Shown here one piece after another: positions 16,101-24,465 of a stretch of 24,465 bases of DNA; the stretch's first letter is position 1; each line of letters opens with the position of its first letter. The notes beneath the pieces were generated by a model, which searched no databases, was not told the origin of the DNA, and saw nothing but the letters and a program-made list of their open reading frames with translations. Where the stretch lies: the IMG/VR virus record IMGVR_UViG_3300043414_001167, positions 1 through 24,465 of that record. The stretch is one strand, 5' to 3'. Made by a program: the position numbers and the translations under genes. The stretch is from a virus. Lineage: Duplodnaviria > Caudoviricetes.

Positions 16101-18020
16101 TTAAACCTTGCTATGATAAAGTATACTAGCTAAATAACTATCAACTTGATGATCACAAGCAATAGAATTTACGCTAGCAACAGCTTCTTGATTTTGATCA
16201 ACTGGTTGTTTAATGTATTGTTCTATTTTAGAAACCCAATTTTCTGGAATTTCATTAGCAATAATTATTTTAGATATTTGTTCTGCTACGTCTTTTTGAT
16301 TGTAGCTTAATTTTTTAATATTATGTTTTTTGCGAAGAGCAGATGCTACTTCTTCTTCTAACTTTTGAGCAAGAACAAGATTTTCTTTTACTTTAACTAA
16401 ACTATACTTTTCTTCAATTGCTTTTGATTGTTTACCAGTTCCAGGAGCAGAAACATTTTTGGTAGTTTGAGGAATTCCAGTTGATCCAGCTGGTCTGCCA
16501 GCTTCTGCTGGTTTTGCTCCACCAATAAGCGGTTGATATAGACCTTGATCTTTTAGATCTTTAAATTTTATTTGAGATTCAACCGATTCTTCTGAGGTTG
16601 GTAAACGACCAGTATCAATTGCTCTCATTCCTTCTTCTGGAGTTAATATACCAAGCTCAACAAGACGATTATAAACTCTTGCATATTGTATATCGTCTTT
16701 TAAATCAATATCTTCAAAGCAAGGAGTTGGATAATTTTTAAATCCAAGATCTTTACTAATTCTGCGAATTTCTGGTATAAGGAATTCATTAATAAATGAT
16801 TCGCGAGCTTGTTTTAATCTTTCAATAAATACTTGAACTTTAATATTTGTATTAGAAAACTTTTCATCGCCAATAAGAATATTATTTAAACCAATTTTAA
16901 TATCTCTATCAACAACTTCATATTTTGCTGGTCCAATAAGATTACCAATATCTGGAATAACAAATTGAGCTTTGGTTGTATAATCTGCAATAAGAACTCT
17001 ACCAACGCTTTGATTTTCAAAAAGTTTTTGCATCGCTTCTAGATTCTTTTGATTAATACCGCCATTATCTGGAGTATCTCCCATAGTAACAAGCAATACT
17101 GATTGTTGCATGGTACGAGTAATTGCCATATCCATTTTCTTCATTTCAGCTTTCCAATTAATATCTTCTAATACTGGAAAGCCCATTGGCACAGCAAATG
17201 GCTCGTAATCTTGCTTCTTATAAAATACAGCACAGAGTCTTTCTCTATCCAAAGGCATCGTTAAAACGCCAATTGTTTTTGATTGAATTAATTTTCTAGC
17301 TTCTTCTGGAAGACTATTAAATACTTCCCTATCTTCATCTGTCTTGGGATTTTTTAGTCTCTCTAATTCGTAATCACTAAGAATTTTATAATATCTTCCA
17401 GTTGAAAAATTAATGCTTCCACCGATTTGAATATCTGCTGGATTTAAAACAATATATCTTGATGGTAAATTAACCGCTGCTTTAGATGTATTCAAACCAA
17501 ATGTTTGAGTGATTTTTGTTACATCTGCATCAGTAATTTTTGTATCAAAACGATAAATGAATACATTACCAGAACGATAATATTCTCTAAAAAACTTATC
17601 TTGAAAATCCCATAAATTAATCTTTTTAAATAATGCCTCAAAGAATGTTCTTGATTTCGAACTTCCATCTTTAAAGTAAATATTACTAGAAGAAAATTCA
17701 GTCATCAAATCAATAGTATTTCTGAATATTGCAAAATTATAATAGCACTTTTGACATAGAATAACCGCATCGCGGATATTCATATTAGAGTTATTCTTGA
17801 TTCCAGTTGAATATCTAAATGGTATTAATCCATCATCAATATTTTTGTATCTATCTGTTCTTGTTATTGTGCTAGAAGCATTTCTCCTTACAGAAGTATG
17901 CTCTGAATCAGACATATGAGTGGCTTTACTCTCGTATTGAGTAGATGCATGACTTACCATTATTGGTACAATGTCTGGATTTTTGTCGATTTTTTGATTT
18001 TTTTTAGATTTTTTAGCCAT
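16101..18020 (-). CDS. Portal protein
   Basis: 639 aa downstream of terminase; CYYNFAIFRNTIDLM, FFREYYRSGNVFIY, VLNPADI, KKQDYEPFAVP match portal crown/wing pattern. Confidence 0.8.
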   Translation of the reverse strand: MAKKSKKNQKIDKNPDIVPIMVSHASTQYESKATHMSDSEHTSVRRNASSTITRTDRYKNIDDGLIPFRYSTGIKNNSNMNIRDAVILCQKCYYNFAIFRNTIDLMTEFSSSNIYFKDGSSKSRTFFEALFKKINLWDFQDKFFREYYRSGNVFIYRFDTKITDADVTKITQTFGLNTSKAAVNLPSRYIVLNPADIQIGGSINFSTGRYYKILSDYELERLKNPKTDEDREVFNSLPEEARKLIQSKTIGVLTMPLDRERLCAVFYKKQDYEPFAVPMGFPVLEDINWKAEMKKMDMAITRTMQQSVLLVTMGDTPDNGGINQKNLEAMQKLFENQSVGRVLIADYTTKAQFVIPDIGNLIGPAKYEVVDRDIKIGLNNILIGDEKFSNTNIKVQVFIERLKQARESFINEFLIPEIRRISKDLGFKNYPTPCFEDIDLKDDIQYARVYNRLVELGILTPEEGMRAIDTGRLPTSEESVESQIKFKDLKDQGLYQPLIGGAKPAEAGRPAGSTGIPQTTKNVSAPGTGKQSKAIEEKYSLVKVKENLVLAQKLEEEVASALRKKHNIKKLSYNQKDVAEQISKIIIANEIPENWVSKIEQYIKQPVDQNQEAVASVNSIACDHQVDSYLASILYHSKV

Positions 18021-18032
18021 TTTACATCAAAA

Positions 18033-18039
18033 ATTACAC
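18033..18039 (-). promoter_or_regulatory. GTGTAAT candidate late promoter for portal
   Basis: Intergenic, 12 nt upstream of ATG 18020. Confidence 0.6.
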
Positions 18040-18083
18040 TTTATATAAGATTATATGTTAAAAAATATAGAATAACCAATTTA

Positions 18084-19709
18084 TTAAATGTCAAATAAGC
18101 CTTGGATGAACCTAACTGTCCAATCTTTAATATTTCTTAAATATTGAACTGCAGCATAGGCTGATGAAAGATAAGCCCCATATGTTGTATCTGCTCCATC
18201 GGTGCGAGATGTATAAAATATTGCATCTCTTGTTCCAGCCATAACATATTTAGCATCAGAAGATATATTGCATGAGCCCCATTGATTTCTAAAATTTGTT
18301 CTTTGCCAAGTTGATCCATAATTACTTGAAGTTATAAGATATCCAGAGGTAGTTTGAAGAGATGAGTATGGATAATAAGGTATTGGAAGTACTTCTCGTA
18401 CCGTTGTCAATCCTGCAATTTGGTATTTGCCATCAGAAGAAACGCTAACTCCGCCTCTAAAGTCATTATTTTGTATCCAATAACGCGGAGTAATTTTTGT
18501 ATAATCTGTATAAGCAAGTCTCCAATTAGCTCCATAATCACTAGATGTGTAAATATAACCAGCTCCTGCAGTTTGATATTTTCCATCTGAACTCATAGAA
18601 ACGTCTGCAGTATCTGGCAAATATTGTTGAAATGTCCAATCTACTCCATAATTAACAGATCTTACTATATATGGATAAATACCATTATTCATACATGCAA
18701 TTTGATATTGACCATTACTTGAAATATCAGTGGACACCCATCTTGCTGGATTATATGTTATGAGTGCAGAAGGACCTCTTTTAGTAAAAGTAACTCCATA
18801 ATCATTTGAACAATAAAGTGCTCCAGTAAAAGTAGGATTACCATTAACTGTTAAATTAATATATTGTCCATTTGATGACATTGCTACGTCAGTGTAATTT
18901 TGATTTCCACTATTTGTTAATACTGTGTTTATTGGAAAAAAAGTAATTCCAGTGTTGGTAGACATGTATGCTTTTTCTTCCCTTGCTAGTGCCACAATCC
19001 TACTAAGATCATTTGATGCAGCAACGCTTCTGAAATTAAGCCCAGTAAAAATTGAAATAAAATCTATTCCGTAATTTGTTGAAAGATAAATATTTCCTGG
19101 GTTATTTCCATCATTTAATTGTGCTGCTAATTGATATTGTCCGTTATCATTAGTCCATAACTCTCTATAATAACCTTTACTATTTGGAAAGTGTGGAGTA
19201 AGAGATTGTCCAAGATTATTATAAGGAATAACATTTAAATATCCTCCAGTAATATTATTTGCACTTGCCATACCAGAAAAACTAACTAAAATAGAAGCTA
19301 AATCTGGACCAAGAAGTGAATTTCCTTCTATATTTAAAACGCCTAATCCTGTTGGTATTTGTCCAATATTTAAACCAAGAGAATAATTGTATGTTGGATT
19401 TTTTAAAACTAAAGAAGTGACTTTGCTACTTGCTGCTATGTAATTTTTTACAGAAGAATTTGTCCCATTTATATTTAAAGATATGCCTGGATTTGATGAC
19501 GATCTTAAACTTCCTTCACTAAAAAAAGTTTCTATATTTGGAAAATTATTAAAATTTAATTGTGCGCTACTAATGTTATTATTGGTATTTGAAACATTCA
19601 ATGCTAGTAAATTAGTAAATGGTGTTATATTTATTGTGGAATCACTACCCAAGTTTACATTAATTCCACTATATTGACTAGGTTGAGTAATTTTAGAAGT
19701 TTGTATCAT
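18084..19709 (-). CDS. LRR-like plus Asp-box (BNR) beta-propeller protein
   Basis: Six SxxxG(xxW/F) boxes (STNYG, STNTG, SNDYGVTF, SVNYGVDW, SSDYGANW, SSNYGSTW) alternating with S-S-x-G-x-Y blades; LRR-like N-terminus. Confidence 0.75.
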   Translation of the reverse strand: MIQTSKITQPSQYSGINVNLGSDSTINITPFTNLLALNVSNTNNNISSAQLNFNNFPNIETFFSEGSLRSSSNPGISLNINGTNSSVKNYIAASSKVTSLVLKNPTYNYSLGLNIGQIPTGLGVLNIEGNSLLGPDLASILVSFSGMASANNITGGYLNVIPYNNLGQSLTPHFPNSKGYYRELWTNDNGQYQLAAQLNDGNNPGNIYLSTNYGIDFISIFTGLNFRSVAASNDLSRIVALAREEKAYMSTNTGITFFPINTVLTNSGNQNYTDVAMSSNGQYINLTVNGNPTFTGALYCSNDYGVTFTKRGPSALITYNPARWVSTDISSNGQYQIACMNNGIYPYIVRSVNYGVDWTFQQYLPDTADVSMSSDGKYQTAGAGYIYTSSDYGANWRLAYTDYTKITPRYWIQNNDFRGGVSVSSDGKYQIAGLTTVREVLPIPYYPYSSLQTTSGYLITSSNYGSTWQRTNFRNQWGSCNISSDAKYVMAGTRDAIFYTSRTDGADTTYGAYLSSAYAAVQYLRNIKDWTVRFIQGLFDI

Positions 19710-19737
19710 ATTATATTATATAATTTTATTGGAGTAA

Positions 19738-19744
19738 ATTACAC
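19738..19744 (-). promoter_or_regulatory. GTGTAAT candidate late promoter
   Basis: Intergenic after terL stop, 28 nt upstream of ATG 19709. Confidence 0.55.
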
Positions 19745-19747
19745 TAT

Positions 19748-21595
19748 TTAACGTATCATCATTGGAGAGAAGGTAGACGCTACTGGTGACTCTGTAGGGG
19801 CACTCATCATATCTAAATAACACTTTAAACCCCAATTAGCAAGCATAAGGGCTGAATAATTATCTTTTCTGGCTTTATTAGCTGAAGTGCTTCTTTTTAA
19901 ATGTTGAGGCAAATCAAAAGTTTGATTTCCTCTACTTGTGGATGAGTGCTCTACTAAAGTGCATTGTTTTTTGGTTTGATATATAAAATCATCTTGATTT
20001 TCAATAAAATCTAAAATTGTCCAATCTTTTTTATCTTCAGTTTTTATTAACTCGATTGGTGCGCCACGATTCATGGTCTCATTAAAGAACTCTTCATTAG
20101 CTCCAGTCTTACTAGCAAACCATATTTTCTTATAATCAATACAAGCTTGTAAGTGCTCATTTGCTTTACGAATAAATGTGCTTGTGAATACTTGATTAAA
20201 AGCTATTCTTTTATCTTCTATGTTATATTTTTTTCTAGCATTTTTAATCATCATCTCGTAGTCTAAACCTTCTAGATCAGAGTCAACATCAAATGTTTTA
20301 ATTTCTAATTTTTGTTTTTTAAATAATTCAGATTCATTACATGAAGATAAGAATACATCTGCTCCAGCATTATCTAAAATAATTGCTACAATATTAAAAT
20401 TGCTCATAATATAAGAAAGATAAGATACGTGATTTTTTAAATTGCCAAGGCCAGCGTAAGTGTGTACTAATATACCATGACCTTTCTCTTCGTCTACTTC
20501 TAAAATTGCCATAGCAAAATAATCTGCATTTGGACTATCACTCATATTAGGATCAATTCCAAGAACATATTTTTTACCAGCTTCGCCTTTTAATAATGTA
20601 TGAGGTTTTTCGTTATATTTTAACGTACATTCTTCCATTTTTTTTGCATTAAAATAACTATCGCTACCATCTGTGAATCTAGCGCAATATTCTCTTAAAA
20701 AACTACTATGACTTGATCCGCCAGCTTGAGCTTCTTCAATAATAGTTTTATCTATCATTTCTTCTGGAAGAGCTTCGTAACTAATTTGGCTAACAAAATA
20801 AGTAGCTTCACCTTTTTCATTATTTGTTATTTTTTCTGACCATTCGGTATAAACTTTATATAAATTTTCAAAAGTGTAACTTGCAGAAGAAAATGCTAAC
20901 ATCTTACTTGTATTTTCAAAAACCATTCTATCTTCTTCTTTCATTAAGCCTTCTTCAATTAATTTATCTTCTAGTTCTCTAATTTCCATACGCTCTTTGA
21001 TATTTTGTGGCGCAACCAAGAATGGCATTAATACATTTTTAATAATCTCTTCTGGAAGCAAAAGAAATTCGTCTAGTACTAAAACGTTTGCACGAAAGCC
21101 TCGAATCTTTTCTCCATTAAGAGGAATTGCTACAATGCTTCCACCATTAATTTGCCATTCAAATTGATCATTTCTTTTAGCTTTAGCCCCGAAACATTGA
21201 GCTAGTAATTCTGCGCCTGGACTATTAACTATTTTTTCTAAATTATTAAAAATAAATCGTGCAGTTCTGAATGTTGGACCAGCAATTAAAATTTTTGTAT
21301 TAGGTTCAAATACACATTGAAGAAAACAAAATACTGCTGCTGTAAAACTTTTACCACAACCACGACCAAAAACACACATGTTAAAATTACGATTAAAGAA
21401 TGATTTAAGATGTATCTCTTGATATGGAGCAAGTTTAACACCACTAATTAATTCTGTGGTAAATCCAATATTAGCTCTCAAGAATTTCGCTAATGATATT
21501 TTAGCTTCTTTGTCATTAAGATAACCTTTCATTTTCATTAATTCAGCATTAACGTCTTTGACTTCTCTTATATATTTATCTGGAGAATATATCAT
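19748..21595 (-). CDS. terL: Terminase large subunit
   Basis: LAPYQ adenine-binding motif, Walker A GRGCGKS, IRGFRA, Walker B VLVLDE, FLREY, nuclease LGIDPN and KDNYSA. Confidence 0.93.
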   Translation of the reverse strand: MIYSPDKYIREVKDVNAELMKMKGYLNDKEAKISLAKFLRANIGFTTELISGVKLAPYQEIHLKSFFNRNFNMCVFGRGCGKSFTAAVFCFLQCVFEPNTKILIAGPTFRTARFIFNNLEKIVNSPGAELLAQCFGAKAKRNDQFEWQINGGSIVAIPLNGEKIRGFRANVLVLDEFLLLPEEIIKNVLMPFLVAPQNIKERMEIRELEDKLIEEGLMKEEDRMVFENTSKMLAFSSASYTFENLYKVYTEWSEKITNNEKGEATYFVSQISYEALPEEMIDKTIIEEAQAGGSSHSSFLREYCARFTDGSDSYFNAKKMEECTLKYNEKPHTLLKGEAGKKYVLGIDPNMSDSPNADYFAMAILEVDEEKGHGILVHTYAGLGNLKNHVSYLSYIMSNFNIVAIILDNAGADVFLSSCNESELFKKQKLEIKTFDVDSDLEGLDYEMMIKNARKKYNIEDKRIAFNQVFTSTFIRKANEHLQACIDYKKIWFASKTGANEEFFNETMNRGAPIELIKTEDKKDWTILDFIENQDDFIYQTKKQCTLVEHSSTSRGNQTFDLPQHLKRSTSANKARKDNYSALMLANWGLKCYLDMMSAPTESPVASTFSPMMIR

Positions 21596-22539
21596 AGTAT
21601 TTTTAGATCATATGCTAATTGGAGATCTACTTTCTTATAAAAACATTTAGATGCTAATATTACCTCGATTATCCTTTTCATTTCTTCCCTACCGTCTACA
21701 AATAAAAATTGTAAATTATCATAATCTTGTATCAATGATCTTACATTATGGAATATAAATTCTGGAGTAGCTTTAATTTTTTTGCTAATATGTGGTAAAT
21801 ATTGAAAGCTTAAGGCGTTTTGTAGTTTTTCTTCTACTACTACAACAATATACGCATTATTAATTTTAGCCTTTTCTATTTCATTTTTAAATCTATTTAA
21901 ATTGCCGCTACTTAAAGTACTAATAAAATCACTTAAACTTTTACGCTCAATATAGCAATTGCAATTATCATTTGAACAAGTATAGTCGCCATATGGAAGA
22001 GTCTTAATCTCAAAAGGCGTATTAAATTTAAGCCAACTTTGTTCTCTGGTGTCAACATATATTGTGTCTTTTGTTGTTAATTTGTTTTGAAATTGGTTAG
22101 TTATATTTTTAGGATGCACAAACTTATTTTCTAACCCTACTTCAGAGCATACATCATAGTAATCATTAAAAATTTTATTATAAAATACAACCGATGGACT
22201 CATGATAGTTCTTAACTCTACTTGACTTGGCGAATATGTAATTTTCTTTTCTTCTTTGCGTTTAATTAATAATGACTTGCAATACTCTTGAGCTTTTTCT
22301 ATTGGCTGATCTTTTAGCCATTTTTTCATGTTATTCTTATCATTAAAATCACTATTAAAATATTGCTCTTTGCTTTTAAAGTTAATAGTTTCGCCAGTTA
22401 ATAAATCTTTTTTAGCGTAATAAGTATGATAGTATTTTTCCTTATTCAAACCATATCCTCTAAGTGAAAGATGTAAACTCTTCTCGTCTTTAAATTCTTT
22501 TCCGTCAACTTTACAAATAACTGGCATAAGATTAACCAT
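21592..22539 (-). CDS. ERCC4/XPF-family structure-specific nuclease with degenerate N-terminal zinc-finger-like motif
   Basis: VDTRE, GDY and IERKSLSDF (ERKxxxD), VVVEE; N-terminal CKVDGKEF..EKSLHLSL; alternative start MPVIC at 22527. Confidence 0.85.
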   Translation of the reverse strand: MVNLMPVICKVDGKEFKDEKSLHLSLRGYGLNKEKYYHTYYAKKDLLTGETINFKSKEQYFNSDFNDKNNMKKWLKDQPIEKAQEYCKSLLIKRKEEKKITYSPSQVELRTIMSPSVVFYNKIFNDYYDVCSEVGLENKFVHPKNITNQFQNKLTTKDTIYVDTREQSWLKFNTPFEIKTLPYGDYTCSNDNCNCYIERKSLSDFISTLSSGNLNRFKNEIEKAKINNAYIVVVVEEKLQNALSFQYLPHISKKIKATPEFIFHNVRSLIQDYDNLQFLFVDGREEMKRIIEVILASKCFYKKVDLQLAYDLKIL

Positions 22540-23626
22540 TCAGTATTTCGTCTTTGGACATTCCTAAAATTTTACATTTAATTTCATCCATAGATGATAA
22601 TCTATCTATTTCTTTTTCTAGACTTTTCTTTCGCATCTCTCCCATTTTAATAAGTTTAGTTCTACTCTCTTCTTCTTTCCATATTTGCACAAGATTAATG
22701 ATCGAAGCAGTCTCCTTAACCTGCTTGCTTAATTTTTCGCTTCTTTTAACTTTTAAATCGTTATTTAATTTTTGCTGTCTATTCACACAGTCATTATATT
22801 CTTTTCTAGCTGTATTACTAGCTTCAACTAAAGCCATAGGAATTTTACCATCTTCTTGCAGAGATAAATCTATTTGATTTTGCAATACAGTAATAGTTTG
22901 TTGTATACTAGAAGAAATAAGGACTTCGGTACAAAGTACTATATATTGATCTACTTCTTCTTGAGATAAATCACCTTTATTATAAGTATATCTTACAAAA
23001 CTACTCTCAAAAAGCTCTCGATCATTTTCATTATCGTAAAGATTAATTTGATGTATAAATCTATGAGTGTTCATATAACTTATTACGGCAATAATTTCTC
23101 TTTTTTGACCATGAGTTATTTTACTTTTATCTATTCCATCTAAAACATATTTATTAATTTTTGCTATCATTCTTTCTTCGCTGCGAGGAGGTTTATAATC
23201 TCCAGTAGAAGCTTCTTCATTTTCACTATTGTTATATTTTATATTTGTGGGTATACTTTTCATGTAGTCTAAAACGCTTCTGCTTTCTTGGCAAAGATTC
23301 GTTAGAGTTTCATTTTTAAATAAGATTTTAGCCATTTCCAATCCAGTCATAGAATTACAATTATTACTAATGTATTCTTTTTGGTCGTTGGATAATTCTA
23401 ATATACCTTTGGCTTCATATTCATGGCTTTTGCGTGGTTTAATTTGTCTAGAAGCTAAAAATTGTTTAACAGCTTTGCCTTCTTTGCTTCTGCCATCAAG
23501 ATCATCTCTATCAAAAGCTAATTTAACAAGTTCGGCTAGAGATGGAGGACTACTTGGCCTATCATTCCATTCTTTTAATAGTTTTAATTGCTGTTCTTCT
23601 GTTAGTATTAAGATATCTTCGCTCAT
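22532..23626 (-). CDS. Helical/coiled-coil protein, possible terminase small subunit
   Basis: 364 aa, HTH-like N-terminal segments and C-terminal coiled coil; coupled upstream of nuclease and terL; function inferred from position only. Confidence 0.4.
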   Translation of the reverse strand: MSEDILILTEEQQLKLLKEWNDRPSSPPSLAELVKLAFDRDDLDGRSKEGKAVKQFLASRQIKPRKSHEYEAKGILELSNDQKEYISNNCNSMTGLEMAKILFKNETLTNLCQESRSVLDYMKSIPTNIKYNNSENEEASTGDYKPPRSEERMIAKINKYVLDGIDKSKITHGQKREIIAVISYMNTHRFIHQINLYDNENDRELFESSFVRYTYNKGDLSQEEVDQYIVLCTEVLISSSIQQTITVLQNQIDLSLQEDGKIPMALVEASNTARKEYNDCVNRQQKLNNDLKVKRSEKLSKQVKETASIINLVQIWKEEESRTKLIKMGEMRKKSLEKEIDRLSSMDEIKCKILGMSKDEILNG

Positions 23627-24303
23627 ACAATATCTATATCTCCATTATATAAATGCTTTTTGACTTTTATTATAATAGCTTTCTTTAAATTTTTAATTTG
23701 TTTATATCCTGCCATTCTATTCTTTTCGCTAGTTCTATAACCCATTAGTTTAGCAACTTGCTCTTCGGTTTTACCATCGACATAAAGATATTGATATATT
23801 TTCCACTCAATAGGTTTTAATACTGTTTGCATTTTAGTGTGTACATTTTTTGCAGCTGCTTCTACATTAAAATCATTTCCTTTCATATTGCCAATTTCAT
23901 TTGTATGATTTTCTAAACTCACTGTTAGTTTAGTGTCATGTGCGCTTTTCTTACTCTTCTCCCAATTTGCATATAGTGGGCAAGCTGAACATTGTTTACT
24001 GTAAATTCCACAACCATCTTCATTTTCTGCAGCAGAACATTTTAAACAAGGACGAGTATAATTACTGTAATTATTTCTTATTAAATTTTTAATTTGGTTA
24101 CTTATTATTCTATTTACCCAAGGAGCAAGTGGTTTTGAAAAATCATAAAGATGCCATTTTTTATAAATATGAAATCTTAATATTTGAGATACATCACTGT
24201 AATCCATCCAAGCAATAGCGGTTAAATTCCACTTATTTTTTCTTTTTAAAATTTCAGAGTTTATTCCTTCGATACAATCTTCAAATATTGGACGTTTAGC
24301 CAT
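23623..24303 (-). CDS. Phage RNA polymerase sigma-like factor with Cys-rich insert
   Basis: Region-2-like DVSQ...YD.SKPLAPWVNRIISNQIKNLIR; region-4-like LKPIEWKIYQYLYVDGKTEEQVAKLMG; five Cys between. Confidence 0.72.
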   Translation of the reverse strand: MAKRPIFEDCIEGINSEILKRKNKWNLTAIAWMDYSDVSQILRFHIYKKWHLYDFSKPLAPWVNRIISNQIKNLIRNNYSNYTRPCLKCSAAENEDGCGIYSKQCSACPLYANWEKSKKSAHDTKLTVSLENHTNEIGNMKGNDFNVEAAAKNVHTKMQTVLKPIEWKIYQYLYVDGKTEEQVAKLMGYRTSEKNRMAGYKQIKNLKKAIIIKVKKHLYNGDIDIV

Positions 24304-24465
24304 CTTTCTGGCCTTTACGACGCTTCACTGGTTGAGATACTGAACGAGACAATGGGCGTATAGCTCCACCTTCTTTTGCAAAATCTTCCATTACTTTCTT
24401 TTGATCTATTTTTTCGAAAGTTTTATTTTTTCTTAATTGATTTTCTTCTCCTCTTGAGGTTCCCA
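24296..24465 (-). CDS. C-terminal part of a hypothetical protein (runs off right edge)
   Basis: Open frame GTSRGEENQLRKNKTFEKIDQKKVMEDFAKEGGAIRPLSRSVSQPVKRRKGQKDG*; stop overlaps the sigma start (ATGGCTAA). Confidence 0.65.
   Translation of the reverse strand, partial: GTSRGEENQLRKNKTFEKIDQKKVMEDFAKEGGAIRPLSRSVSQPVKRRKGQKDG

Noticed and set aside
19748-21595. Intein or intron in terminase
   Set aside because: Normal length with ATPase and nuclease motifs in order; no splicing or LAGLIDADG motifs seen
11586-23663. Plus-strand ORFs 11586, 12568, 14094, 17916, 19483, 22554, 23370 and minus-strand 18137..18319
   Set aside because: Short ORFs overlapping well-supported genes, with no independent signals
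1-24465. tRNA, structured ncRNA, integrase or att site
   Set aside because: Intergenic gaps are short and AT-rich; only the capsid terminator hairpin is evident; no recombinase motifs

Overview
AT-rich segment of a large tailed dsDNA phage (Caudoviricetes) genome; every credible gene is on the minus strand. In transcription order (right to left): partial ORF, Cys-cluster sigma-like factor, possible small terminase, ERCC4/XPF-type nuclease, large terminase, LRR/Asp-box beta-propeller protein, portal, 997-aa repeat fibre, lysis cassette (holin, lipoprotein, overlapping spanin pair, inserted LamG protein, endolysin, unannotated 49-aa lipoprotein), hypothetical, prohead protease with nested scaffold, decoration protein, major capsid protein, terminator plus sigma70-like promoter, Rho-N-like protein, BppU-like adaptor, and a >1419-aa collagen/coiled-coil fibre missed by the ORF track. 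Most notable: a GTGTAAT motif before many starts beside a phage sigma-like gene; a herpes-like nested scaffold with A-S cleavage motifs; [S/T]-G enrichment in virion proteins; an ERCC4 nuclease coupled to terminase; and adhesin genes interleaved in the head and lysis modules. Spanins and lipoproteins imply a diderm host. All calls come from motif reading and gene order; no searches were run.
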